64,000 bases of DNA from Chrysomallon squamiferum. Lineage: Eukaryota > Animalia > Mollusca. The notes beneath the pieces were generated by a model. The model searched no databases. It was not told where the DNA came from and saw only the letters and a program-made list of their open reading frames with translations. Positions within the stretch are counted from its first letter, which is position 1. Every line of letters begins with the position of its first letter. Of the stretch, positions 12,001-25,500 are shown piece after piece. The position numbers and the translations under genes are program-made. The DNA is taken from contig CM022673.1 in assembly GCA_012295275.1 (NCBI GenBank), forward strand, positions 24,242,001-24,306,000, given 5' to 3'.

Positions 12001-12702
12001 GAAATGATAAATGTCAATAAATTTACAGCTAAAATAATTTATTCTATTTTAATTTTAAAAAACTTTAAAGCACCAATGTGTGAAGAAAAATGGAATGAGC
12101 TTGGTTTTAATATATTCTGGAGACCAGTTTGGAAATGGATACACTATAGTGATAAATTTACTGAATTTATAGACTTAGATTTTAGAATAGTTCATCATAT
12201 AATATATACATATAACAAATTATATAAATATGGCAAAATCTCATCTAGTGTATGTCCAGTGTGTTTGAAGGATGATGAAGATTTGTGCCATTTATTTTTG
12301 TATTGTTAAGAATTGAAGGAATTAATATCAATCTTTCATAAAATATGTATTTAAATATTTAAGAAAACAGGGTTTTCTCTAGAACAATTAAAAAGATTAT
12401 TAATATTTGGATGTTATCTCAAAATTGAAAATAGTACAATAGAATTTATTAATATTATTCTTTCAATTTATAGAATAACAGTGTTCAAAAGGCGTGTAAT
12501 AGCTCAAATGAAAGGAACAAATATCAATATAATACATTTTTTTAGAAATTATATGTATCAGTGCTTTAAAATCATTCTAAATCAATATCGTATTCAAAAC
12601 AAACTTTCAATTTTTATTAACAAGTATGTTAAGAACAATATTTTCCTAGAACTAAAAGATGACATACTTATTTTCAAATATCCTTTGGAAAACTACAAAT
12701 AA
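9080..12702 (+). pseudogene. Disrupted ORF2 (APE endonuclease - reverse transcriptase - CCHC knuckle)
   Basis: Motifs INVYAPN, MAGDFN, SRIDLFL, SDH (APE); KSPGLDG, NFRPISLLNVDYKI, IDQEKAFDRV, GVRQGCP, QHADD (RT); CPVC-x8-H-x4-C. One frameshift near the A-run at ~9750 and in-frame stops at 10669, 12307 and 12352. N-terminus and ORF1 are absent. Confidence 0.92.
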
Positions 12703-12924
12703 TCAATATAGATAAATCATGGAAATGGATAAAAGAATTAATACTATAAAATACTGTAAATATATATGAATATTCCGAATAAATAAGTATGCATGCATGT
12801 GAGTGTGAATGAGTGTGACTGAGTGTGTGAGAGGAAATAGTTTTTGTTATTGTTATTTACAGCTGTAATGTTATTTTAATTGTGTACAACTGGTGATTAT
12901 ACTAATAAAGATAAAAAAAAAAAA
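9080..12924 (+). mobile_element. 5'-truncated L1/Tx1-clade non-LTR retrotransposon inserted inside tRNA-Glu
   Basis: APE endonuclease, RT and CCHC domains. 3' UTR with AATAAA (12904-12909) and A12 tail (12913-12924). Flanked by the two parts of one tRNA gene with (A)GG duplicated. Confidence 0.93.
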
Positions 12925-12975
12925 GGATTTCGCGCTCTCACCGGGACGGCCGGGGTTCGATTCCCCGTTTGGGAA
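12924..12975 (+). pseudogene. 3' part (nt 21/22-72) of the split tRNA-Glu(CTC) gene
   Basis: (A)GGATTTCGCGCTCTCACCGGGACGGCCGGGGTTCGATTCCCCGTTTGGGAA directly follows the poly(A). One C>G in the anticodon stem. Downstream flank matches that of the 7380 copy. Confidence 0.92.
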
Positions 12976-13388
12976 AACATTTATTTTGGTGTTTCCTTCT
13001 TTCATTCGATACTTTTGAATTGAAATGAGGTATTAAGTATTTAGGTTTCTATTCTATTACATGAAGTTACTGGGATTTCTTATTAAAGGTAATTACATAC
13101 TGTAATGTAAATGGATAGGAAAAATTCTTTTTCTCATAAAATTACATATGCTGTTGCTTAACTACTCTACATTGACCAAATTAATGATGTTTTTTTGTTT
13201 TTGTTTTTTAAATTTCTACAAACCAAAATGATGCTAGACATATAGACAAGGACAGACACTCACACATAATGACAAATAAAATACAAATGGAGACGTATTC
13301 TGTCATTATTTTATTACAGTTATTTTTTTTACACTTTTCAGGTTTTGTACATTACTGTCATATCATTTTTTTAATTATTATTATTCAA

Positions 13389-13503
13389 CTATTTAGTACT
13401 TTTGGTAAGACGAGGAAATTCATCTGGAAGCAAAGCAATTCTTCTGCATGTTGGACAAGTTCTTTCATGGCCCACCAACCACGTTTTTATGCACTATAAA
13501 AAA

Positions 13504-13548
<45 letters not shown>

Positions 13549-16500
13549 TAAGCATAATAAAACAATGATGAAATGAGAGAAGCTCAAAATTTTACTGTTT
13601 GTTATCAGGACATCCATTCTTACCAAAAAGATGATAAAACCAATTAAAGTAATAGATAAATCTATCTTAAATGATTTTTTAGGCTTTTGAAGATAAATTT
13701 AACCTTTTTTGACAATATCCATTAGTTTAGGATTTTTTAAAAACATATTTTTCTCTTTAAATTATTAAATTTAAATTTTTTAGATTTTTTTTAGAACAGT
13801 TATGAAAATTAAGATTGCTATATAATTTTTAAAACGAAGCTGTACAGGGGACATACTGGTAAGTGAAACTTGTGTGAACAGTCCAGCGTTGTTACTTCAC
13901 TGGTCAACAGATCATCACAGCAGATGGGACAAATGTCTTTTTCCTCATCTTCTCTCTGTTTCACAGTCTGAAAAACATCTCATCATGTTTCCAAACAAAA
14001 CAAACAAAAACAAAACAAACATTTAAAACTGAAAACATCATTTTAAACTTTTAAAATTATTTCTCTTTGTTGCAGGCAGTGCGTAAACTGTAACTTGACA
14101 TTTAATTTGTGATGACTGTTTTTTACTGAGAAAACAGAATACTTTATTTGCTGATACTCACTGATGACTGTTTTGCTGATTTACTGCTGAATCTGTTTCC
14201 TGGGTAAGCCTGCTGTTTGTTTGTGATGAATTTTGCTGTCATCTCAACTAGCTTGCTGATTGAGAGACCAGACAGAGCACCCCGTTCATTGTGTATCTTC
14301 AGAATAATATCAACTACATCAGACCTAAAACATAAACACAAACACTGGAAAGTATAGAAAACAAAATTCAATCTTGTACATCTGTATATTAAAAGCAAAA
14401 TATATGAAGAACCTTCACAGAGATAATAAAATTTCTCAAGACAATTATTTCAGATAATCCAGATACTGACAACAAAGATTTGTTTCAAACTTCAGTAATG
14501 GTTAAACAACCCTAAATCTCACGAACATCAATTTCCCCCAAGTATGAAGGAATTAGTGGTTCCCAATACTATAAGTTATAGAATTAGGGTGAAACTTTCA
14601 TACTTGAATAAACACACATTTTTTAAAACTCATTTTCCTCAATATTTTCACTTCAGTGTACTATCTGTCCTCAGGGTTTTGACAACTGGAACTAAGAATT
14701 AGAAAATAAAGTCATAAGCTGCAGAAGAATGAGGGGAGATTATCCAGGCCTCAGTAACTTTCCTCTGTTAAATTACCAATTTTCCTAATGTTAAATGATA
14801 AATAGATGTGAATGCATATTCAGTAGAATATACTTTTAGTACAATTGTGTGTGCAGGGTGAAAATACTTATGATAATAAGAAACAAACTATTATTCAGTG
14901 ATTGCTGGTTGCACAAATAAAACATATAGCCCTCATATATATTTGTATGTATTTATCAATGTATCAATAAGGACTGTGTAACATATGAATGTTGAGTAGA
15001 TGTAATCTCACAATAAGCATACCAGAGCTTTGCAGTTATACAGAAAATCTGGGTTTCAGATGTTACAAGGTAAAAGACATAATGAGAGTTTTCAGTGAGA
15101 TTTGCCATTTTAAAACTACTTTGCTTCTTTTAAGTTCCCTAAAAATAAACATGTTACATGAATGTTTTTTTACCACCCACTGGAACTATGACTATCAAGT
15201 AACTTATCAAGTAACTTATCATACAATACACATGGCATTTCCTTCTGATTTAAAACTACCATGATCTTGTTTCCTCTAAGTCTTTGTGTTTATGAACTTA
15301 ATGATAAGTCATCACTAAAGTGATCCCTTTTGTGTGGTGTACCCTCTCTGGATCTGAAAGATTATGTCCAACTGTACTGGAGTAGATATTCTTAACATGC
15401 TGAAGCCCAAGGAGTTTGGAAATTTATATCATTCTGGTGCTGTTGAAGGCTGAAATTTATCTTGACTTGGCTTCTATTTCCTTTTCTCTGGGAGAGTCCT
15501 CAGCTTTCGGAGACTTGTTCAAAGGAGAGTTTTGGGGATTTTTTCCTTCTGTGATGGTGGCATAGGTTTCTGTTTCTTACTCTCCAAAGCAAACCCCTCT
15601 TGCAAAAGTCTGCTTTCAGTAGTAGCAGCAAAAGATTCAATTATCATTTTAAGAACATCAGTGTACAAAAATTCAGTCCATGGGTCACTGTTTATACTGT
15701 CAATCTATCTAATTTTTGAATTTGCCAGTCATTACTCATTTTCTCAATATAGATATGCTTCATTTAATCATTTAGTGTTTTATTTTATCTGTATTACATC
15801 ACAGCACATTCAATGAAAAGTGGAAAATGTTTAATATATTTCTACTATTGAATATTTTGAATGATGACTGCTGTTACAATGTACTTTTGCAAGCATCGGT
15901 TTACTGATTATTACCCACTTCTGTTTTTACCTGTCAAGCTGTGGAAACTTTGTCTGCAAGAACATGACAAGTTTTTCATAGTTAGTTTTCTGCATGTATG
16001 GTTTGGCTGCTTGTGAAGACTTGTCACATTCTAACCAGGGCTTGTGCTTCTTCTTCTTACAAACCTAAAAATAAATCACAGTCATTTATAAATCTGTGTT
16101 GTTTGTGCAGAAAGATAAGATTTGACATATCTAATATCAATTAAAAAAATATTTAACGTGACACTCTTTTCTGTCACATGTGTAATTTTCTCTTCATTTA
16201 ACAACATATACAAATCAAAATACAAGCTTTAAATAAAACTTTTAATTGGAATCATACAGTAAATTAAACTTTTCATCTGTAGTAATTTATTATTATTTTT
16301 TATTACTGTTGTTATTATTTTAAATTTTTTAATGTGGCACTATTTCCTTTTTTTTTATTAAACAATATAAAACCCTATCTTTAGTAAATTAACCCAGTTG
16401 ACTATTAATATAAGAATAGAAGGTTTAAAAATAACTTCATTTTTTTAAATTATAATTTTTCTCTTTGTGTTTTTTTGGAATTATGATAAATTAAAAAACC

Positions 16501-19500
16501 GTCTGCCAGTTTTCTTCTCCTAATTCATCATCCTCTGAAACTACACCTTCAGCACCTTCCATTTCTGCCACTAAAATTGTAAAAAAAAATGACATTTATA
16601 TATATATATATATATATATATATGATTTAAAAGTATTTAAAAAATTATAATACAGTGGTGAAATCATTTTTCTTTTTACAATTTTATTTTTTTATTGAAA
16701 ATTAGTTTTTTTCTAGCTTATATATATATACACACAAATAACAGAATATTTCAGTTAATGACATTTAAACCTGTATTAAGTTCTGAAGCTAGAAAACAGT
16801 AATTTTCAATAAAAAATAATAAAAAAAAAAATTTAAAAATGTTATAAAAAAATAAAATATAAATACAGTAATAAAATAAATAAAGAAAACAGAAAAATAT
16901 ACAAGAACCTGTTGTACTCTCAAGCTGATTTGTTCCTAATTTCTTCTGTTTATCATTGTATTTATTATTGCCTTCCAAAATTTTAGACAGAAACTCTTTG
17001 TTCATTTTTCCACAAAAACCTTTTTTTTCTTTGACATTATCTTTATCTGAATATGTGATTATGCTGCTAGAAGGAAGATTTAAAGAGTCACTGGCAGATT
17101 TTTTTGAAAACAATGGTAGAGGTTTCAATGGTTTTGGTTGGGATTTGCATAGCTCCACTGGTTGTTTTGGGTCATAGTTACATTTATACTCCATTGGGTA
17201 CTGTTCACACTGTGAGTTCCAGTCTTCACAAGATGCTCTCTTCACTGATCCAGTATTCCCAGAGTCTCCTTCCTTTGAATTGGAGGTCTTACCTTTAGAG
17301 CTGGCTTTAGTCAACTTGGTTAATTTACTAATGAATCTAGTGGCTGTTGATGTGGTATTTTTTGAAACTGCTGCCTCGCCGGTGTTCACTACAGCAGAGA
17401 AAGTTGGCTTGGTTGAAGGTTTTGTTGTTTTCTGTCCTGCAGACTTTCTGTTGTGAAGAACATAGGGCTGGAGAGATTCTGGAAGATCAGGTTCTGTGAC
17501 AGGCCCTGTGTTTTTGCTTGTGACATGAGTGGAGGTTGGAGGAACAGTTTGAACACTGTCAAACCATTGTGGTGTTAAGTCTGGAGCTTTAATGGTATGT
17601 TTTGCATCAGATTTATTCAGTGGTTCAGCTGAACTGAAACTTAATACTTTAGGTGAATGACCTGACACATCTGTTTCTTCTATCACAGCAGATGGTGTGA
17701 GATTCTGCTGCATTTGTTTACAATCTTTTCTTTCAGAGGCACTTAGTGGTGATGGTGAAACCAGATTTTCATTTGCATTTATTTCTGGCTTTTTTGCTTC
17801 GCATGCTTTTACATCAGTCATTACTATGCTATTATGTTCATTTTTATTTCCGTTATCAGTACCCGAATGACCAGCTGTTTGATCAACTTGACTGGCTTTT
17901 GTGCTTTCTGCATCTAATGTTTTACAAGATGTTTCACCAGTATTATCTAATTCTGTAGGATTCACACATGACTGACCATTCTGGATGTAAGACTGCAGCA
18001 CCATTGTCTGCTGTAAGCACACTGCCTGCAACAACTGAGGATTACCAGCCATCTGAGGATAGGCACTGGTTAACTGAGCCATCACAGCTTGGAACAATGC
18101 AGGATCAAATGCTCTGTTTTGCAAAGCTGCCAACATATGTGGAGATGTTTGGCCAAAGCCAGCAGCATTTGGATTTACACCTGTTCTTTGAGACCACGTG
18201 CAAGGACTTCTCACTTGAGGATGTGATAAAGATGCAGACACGAAAGTGCTGTAAGCCGGTGCTGGGCTGGTTGGTGTGTTGTGTTCTAAATTGACAGATG
18301 GGTAACACATCTCACTAGTTGTTAACAGATTGTTTACATGAGGCAAAGAGGTGAATGCTGTGGAAGGTGCAGGTGAAACTCCCACAGGAGTGCAAGACAG
18401 TTTAGAAGACACAGAAGTTGTAACACCTGTCAAATGTAGTTTATTAGCTGCTGATTTTGGGATACCAGACTGACAGCTTTCTGCATCTGGAGTCATGGGA
18501 ACATCTCCAGACGGTGAAGATTCCACATATTTTGCACTGTTTCCTGTGTTATCATTTCTGTCATTGTTAACTTCATTAACAGGCTGACATTTAGACAATG
18601 CCTCACAAATAGTGTTATTTCTGTCTGATTTATTAACCGATGAACTTAGTTCATTCACATCAGACCTGTGGTGTTTGTCTTTCCTCAATTCTTTGTATTC
18701 AAAAGTCTCAAGCACTTTTAAGTCATTTTTAACAAGATCTGCTGGTTTTGTTTTCAATGTGCTGGATGGAGATTCTTCTTCACTTTTGAGGAGGACATTC
18801 TGGGCTTGTTTTACCAACAGAACTAAATCAATATCATCACAAGTGGTTGAGTTGTACTTCTATAAAAAAAAAAAATAAGAAGATTTTGAAAGTTTGGTTT
18901 TTGTTCTAAGTCCCAAAACATTCATTTATTTAGAAAATATTAACTTTCTCATAGCATTGATATATAAATATTAAGTATTTAATGCAATTATCATTTTCTC
19001 TCCCAAATAAAATGATATTTAGTGTATTTTTAGAGGAAGACTGTTATCTCTGTTAACAAATGAAATATGTTATTTCATATCTGTATATGTATTATATAGA
19101 TAGATAGATAGATAGATAGACAGATAGATAGCTAGATCATTTAAGACATTTTGACTGCATTACAAATTACCAGGTTATTCAAGTCTGGTTGGGTTTCACA
19201 TCTGTCATTAGTCAAGCTTTCAATCTGGCTTCCATGTTGGATAGCAGACATACATTCATTAATATCTGGTGTAATAATTTCTACTCTGTGACGACTAGCA
19301 ACTTCTGTCAATACTTTTTCTTCTTCATTTTTGTCTTCAAAATTAATCTTGTCCTTCCAATTATTTGCTTTAGCTGTGTATTTTTCATTAAATGTTTCCG
19401 ATCCACTGACATCACCCTGATTTCTGCCCAACTCAGATGTTGATGTAGTAATTCTAGCAAAACGTTTGGTTGAAAAAAACGATATGGGATCACGAGACAA

Positions 19501-22500
19501 GTTCTTTTCAGAAGGAGGATGTCTCTGTTGTGTTGGCTGAATGTTACGTGACTCTGCTGAAGTCTGAGCAGAACACTGAGCATTGTCTGCATGCTGATTG
19601 ACGTTGTTATTATCGTCAGAGAACAAGGAGTCTTCACTTTTCCACCTCAAACTGCATTTCTCTAGAGATCTGTTCCACTCAGCAAACAGAAAGCTGCTGC
19701 TTCCATCTTCTGTGATAGAAGTATAAAAGTTTTCACTTTCAATGATTTTCTCTTCCATCAGATCATTTTCACGTTTTTCACTTTCATTCATTTTCTTTTC
19801 ACTCTGTCCTGCACCAGATGTTTCATTTTCATTCTCTTTCACATTGAATTGCTCAGCATTTAATGTTACAGGCTCTGCATTAAATGTTACAGGCTCTGAA
19901 TTTAATGTTATAGGCTCTGCATTAAATGTTACAGGCTTTGTTCTTTCGACCTGATCTGAACTGAGTGTTTCCTGTTCAGGAGTATAGCTGTGACTGTTTT
20001 GATCAGCGGGCTCACAGTGATGTGATGTAATGTTCAGTGTCGCAGTGCACTGGTTTATGTCTTCTTCAGCTCCCAAACACACATTCTCTTCAGATGTTTT
20101 CCTACTTGAACTGCAAGTCACATATTCTTGATCAGAACTGTAATCCACATAGCCAGAGTTTTCGTCTGAAACATCGACTTTCTTTTGAGATTTTACAGCA
20201 GGACATGTCAGTGAAGTGTTGTTAGTATTATGTTCTTTGTTTCTGTCTTGATTGGAGTTTCCCTCTGATTCAGTCATTTTCAAAAACATTTTATGTAATG
20301 TGGTTGATCTTGACTTTGGCTTGTTAGATGCAATCTCCAGCTGTCAGGAAACAAATAGAGAAAGAAAAAGGAAAGAAGGTAAGCAAGCAAATATAACAGT
20401 ATATGTTTATACATTTTAGTGTCTCTTAAGTGTCTTTTCTGAGGAATTTTCCAGTTTGTCAATTTTCAAACAGTTACGATAATTTTTTGTCTCCGAAGAA
20501 GAATGCCATATCAATATAAATTTGATTTGTCACAATTATCTGCAAAAATCATTTATCAGCATGTTTCAAACTTCATTATTTTTCTACTGCAATTATTTTC
20601 AAAATTATTTTCAATACAAACATATCATTTTCAAATTAAGTGGCAAAAATATAAAAAAAAATAAAATATGATTTTTTGAATTTTTCTTTTGACAGCTCCA
20701 AGACAATAATGAATAACTGATGTAATCCACTTGTACACAAAGTTTAACTTTACTCTTCAGTATCTTGGGACAGACCTCTACCTAGTATCACTGTGTCCAC
20801 TTTAATAAAAACTGTTCACAAATCAGTGAAAAGCTAACTACAGATGTAACCTAATTTTGTAACAAATAATTATCATTATTAAATATGGCTTTAAACTGAT
20901 GTTTAGCAATAACTAACTGCAGAATAGTAGGATAATGCTGAAAGACTACTTCTAAATTATGACAAATTTAAATATTACTTCTTTGGGCCTGAAAGAAATA
21001 TGGCCACATATGGATGGTATTTCAATACACGGAGTTGGTAATTCGTCCAAGTGTAAACCGCTTTTCAGAGCCTGCAAGCAGTACTGCTCTTGATCCTGAA
21101 AGAAACAACATTGGAGTAACCACACCCTACAAGCAGCTCGAGAATAGCAAATATATTCACTACTTAACATGATATAACCTATTTCTGGTTCAAAAACAGA
21201 ACTTTATTGTCATTTATTATGTCACTTTTTAAATCGCAAAATAAAATAATGTTTTATTTAAAAGTTTAAGAACAGTGCCATGTTTAGAATTAACACATCT
21301 CTACTAGTTTAACGTTTTCTTCACAATTTATGCTGACTAAATGCTGAATATTCTCCGTCAACATTTAGAATAATTTTGAAAAATGCACCCTCTGGATTAT
21401 CTGATGTTGTTTCTCTTTATTTAGGAATAATTAAGTTTTGCAAAAAAATAACAAGGTAACATACCTTAATTTGTGATATTTTATCTTTTAGTTCTTGAAT
21501 TTTTGTGTCTACAAACCATTCAATGTTTTCATCTTTATCCCTGATGAACATCAAAATTAAAACTTGTATAAAATTTTAATGGTTTTTAACTTTAATTGTT
21601 AAAAAACATAACTCATAAACAAATAAAAAACAACAATCTTAAACTGTCTGCATCTCCAGCCCAGCCAAAATATGGGTAGGGGGAGAAATTATTAAATAAA
21701 ATAAAATTAAAATAAAACATTTAAATAAAATATTAATATCCAATGAAATCAAGTTCAATTGATGAAATTATTATTTTTTGTCTGCCAATTTCAGTTTCAG
21801 ATAACTGTAAAACAGGTAGGATATTTGGAATTTAGCAGTTTCAGGAATCAAAGAAACAATATAGAAACTCAGTGTATGCTTACAGAGGAGTGAAGAATTG
21901 AGTCCAGCGAAGTTTAGAGTAAGTTAGATCATGCAGCTGCTGTTCTAGTTCCTTGAGACAGAGTTGTGATCTCAGATGAACAACTAACATCTAAAAAAAA
22001 AAAGTCATAAACTGAAAATGTCCTGCTGCTGTTTAATGTTTAGAAAGTAAGTGAGAATGCAAATAATGATAATCTATTAATTTTGTTCTATGGCAATTTG
22101 ACTACATTACATTATGTCTGGGATTAAGTGCAGTCCCTAGTATTCTCAGTCACAAATATGACTTCAAAGTGAAAAGATTTTATAGCCATTATAGTTTTTT
22201 CATCTGCACTTCTGATGTCAACTTTAAAATGATCTTTTTTTTGTCAGCTCCTGTTTAGAAATTATATTAACACAAATTTTAATCCACAAACTCTAAGGAT
22301 AAAAAAAAAAAAAAAAAAATCTATACCTCAGTATCCAGTAATTTCTGACTTTTTTCTTCACAAGAAGAACAAGTTTGGGACACAGTATTTTCAATGTCAT
22401 CATTCTGGATGTCAGCCTGCAATTTAAAAGATGTAATTTGGTTTTGAAAGACATTCTCAACATGTGTAATGCCTAAACAAGTTAACCTCAAATTGCAAAG

Positions 22501-25500
22501 TAATATAAATGTAATGTCTTCATAATTTTTATGATTCAAATCATTTGTTTTTATCCAGTTCTTAGTTACAAGTTAATGAAAATTCTTACTGATTCGTAAT
22601 CATGTCAATTTTACCTTTAGCTTTAAAAAATCAAACAACAATGTGCCTGAATAGATTAGTTAAATTAAGACAAAAGATTACAAAATATTTAACCTGGACA
22701 TATTCTGAAGAGACTTTGGTTGATGATGTCATTACATGACAATCTCTAGTTGAAACAGAGGTGGAGTCAAACTGTGAATGATCATCTGTGTTTTCTGATG
22801 AGGTTGATGTCTGTTCTTTCTTATCAGCTGTCAGAATGTTTTGTGTGTTTACTGCAACATCCTCAGTGTCCCTGTCTGGTGAAGTGAATGAAGTGTTGCT
22901 TTGGTTTGCTCCAGAATTGTTCACATTCAGTGTGAGTGCCTGATTCTCTAAGGGTTTATTTAGCAAAGAGCTAGTGTAGTCCTTACCCGTTAGACCTGAA
23001 TTATTCACATTCGACTTAAGTGCCTCTTTCTGTAGATGTGTATTTGATAAGGAACTAGTACACTCATTGTTAGTCAGACCTGAATTGTTCACATTCAGCT
23101 GGAACCAGGCTGGCACATTTATGTCAGAGGTCAGAAAATATTTGTCACCATCAGAATTATTCATATTTAACATGAATTCTCCATCAGACAAATATCTCTC
23201 ATTAAAATTACCACACATCACACTGTCGTTTAATCTGGAGACAGAGTCTAATGAATAACTGCTGTCCAAGTCACAACACTTTAGAAAATCACTAGCTAAG
23301 ACTGAATAATCACTACTGTATTTTTCATGTGAATCACTACCAAAGTTAGTTAGAGAATTAGACGAAGTTGGGTCACAAATAAAATCTAATCTTTCTGGAT
23401 TAGATTTCAATCCAGAAGTAGACAAAAAACAAGATGTGTTTGAAGTGGGAAAGTTATATTTTCCTGCATCTTGTAATTTGCTTTCAGTGAGAAATGACTC
23501 AGAAAACTTTGGCTCAAAGGGTGGGATGTCAGGGTTAAGATTATATTGCTTTTCGTATGTTGTAGCCCCTGATTCCTCTTTGTCTTCTGAGCTGCTGTTT
23601 TCACACTTGACCTCCTTGTAAACTTTGTCTAAAACTCTCACTACAATACATCCAGCATATTCATCCAGATACCTATCAGGTAATGCTGTTTGGCCTTTTC
23701 TTTTTCCTCTGTTACTGTTATCCTTGTCTTTAACTGTTAAATCACCGTTAAACAATTTATTTAACAAAATTTCTGCATTAAATTCTGCAGCCTTCTGAGA
23801 GGCGACATGTTTGCTGTCTTCAGTGCTTTCCTTTTCACTCATCTGCAATCCAGAACTGGTGATAGAAATACCATGTTCTGCAGCTCTTTTCATGAATTCT
23901 TGACTCACATCACTGGTAACAGCACCTGCAGATAAACAGAGACATTATGTATACTTCATTTTTTTTTCTCTGTTTTCCTTACTTACTTTACCAGATGAAA
24001 CTGTAGCAATATAGATTTTAAACACGTTAGAGTGATTTAAATTTGAAATATTTCTGAACTCAGCCATTCCATTTTATTTCTGAATACGTTTCATTTAAAA
24101 TGAAAAGTAGGAGAAAATCTGGATGAATGATTCATGTAATTAACAAAAAACACTTGCAGTTTTGCAGTTAAAACAAAATATATTGTTATACCAACTTACC
24201 ATGTGCATTTTCAGCTTTAGAATTGACAGTTGGTATTTTATCAGCAACCAAAGAGTCCCTATATTGTGAAAATACAATGTGTTAGAATGCTAAACTTTTA
24301 GTGCTGGACACATTATAGACATTAAAAATGTGCAATTTCCTTTAAAATATATAAAAATATGATCAATCAGGGTTAAACCTTGATTAAAATTAAAAAAATA
24401 TGATCAATCAGGGTTAAACCTTGATTAAATTAGCTCATCACTAACATGTCTCCACATGCTACACACACACATCAAGGAAAATATGAAAGCTAATCAGCCT
24501 AATGTACATTTTAAAATCAGTTTTATACCTTCTACCTGCTGGTGACAGGTCACTGGATGACTCTGTGTTCACAGACTTCGATGCTGACATCTTTGAATTT
24601 ACATCCTCAGTGACATCAACACAGTCAAAATTAAATAATGTTTTCACTCCTGTCATCTCAGAGTTCTTTCCACTGTTATCATATTTAGGCAGAGACTGAG
24701 CTGATGATTTAGTCTGTGTGACCTGCGACTCCTCACTGCTAGACAAGCACTGAGCTGCCAGCTTGGTTTCCTTTACCTCAGAAGGCAGACAGCTCTGTTT
24801 CAGAGTACCTGTTTTCACTTTATTGTATCTTAGATCTGACCTGTTAATGAGTTATTACAAAATTATTAAAGAGTGGATTACAATATTAATTTTATCATTA
24901 AAGAATAAAACAGGCACAGACTGTCTATATAATTTGCACTCTCTATTTAATGTAATAACAGTTCATCTGGGTTAATAATTATTTTATTTATTATGGACTC
25001 AACCCATTCTAATAATAAAGGCTGTTAATAACAACATGTCATTACATGAAAGAAGAATGCTATTTTAAACTGTAGAAAGAAGGACAGATTTCAGATAAAT
25101 TATTTTCAGATAATCAAGATCAAAAATCAAACCGTTTTCTTTACAGCAATCTTGTAACTCATTTCCAGCTGACTCACAGACTGGAAATAATACTTAACTA
25201 TTTGTCACTTACTTTTCAAGAGGCACTTTATCAGAGGATATTTTTATGTCTGACTGCTTCCTTGGTGTGTTTGTCATTACCGAACCTTCTTCATCTTTGA
25301 AAGTTAAACTTGCTTTTGCAGAACTCACTGGGTGATGTTTCAAAAGTGACGTCTGTAACTTTGGTGATTTATAAATAATGGGCAAAGAAATGGAGCTTGG
25401 CGGCTTCTTTGAAAGTGAATTGACTGAGTGCAGTTGTTGAAACGAAACAGGAGATGTCACCGAGTGATTCTGAGTCACTGGTGACAGTATTATAGGATTC

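Noticed and set aside
9080-12924. Insertion as a tRNA intron or group II intron
   Set aside because: Poly(A) tail, APE domain, 5' truncation and short duplication identify a LINE. The position is not the canonical tRNA intron site.
1169-12975. tRNA copies as tRNA-derived SINEs
   Set aside because: They are full cloverleaves with T-run terminators in tandem units, with no SINE body, tail or flanking duplications.
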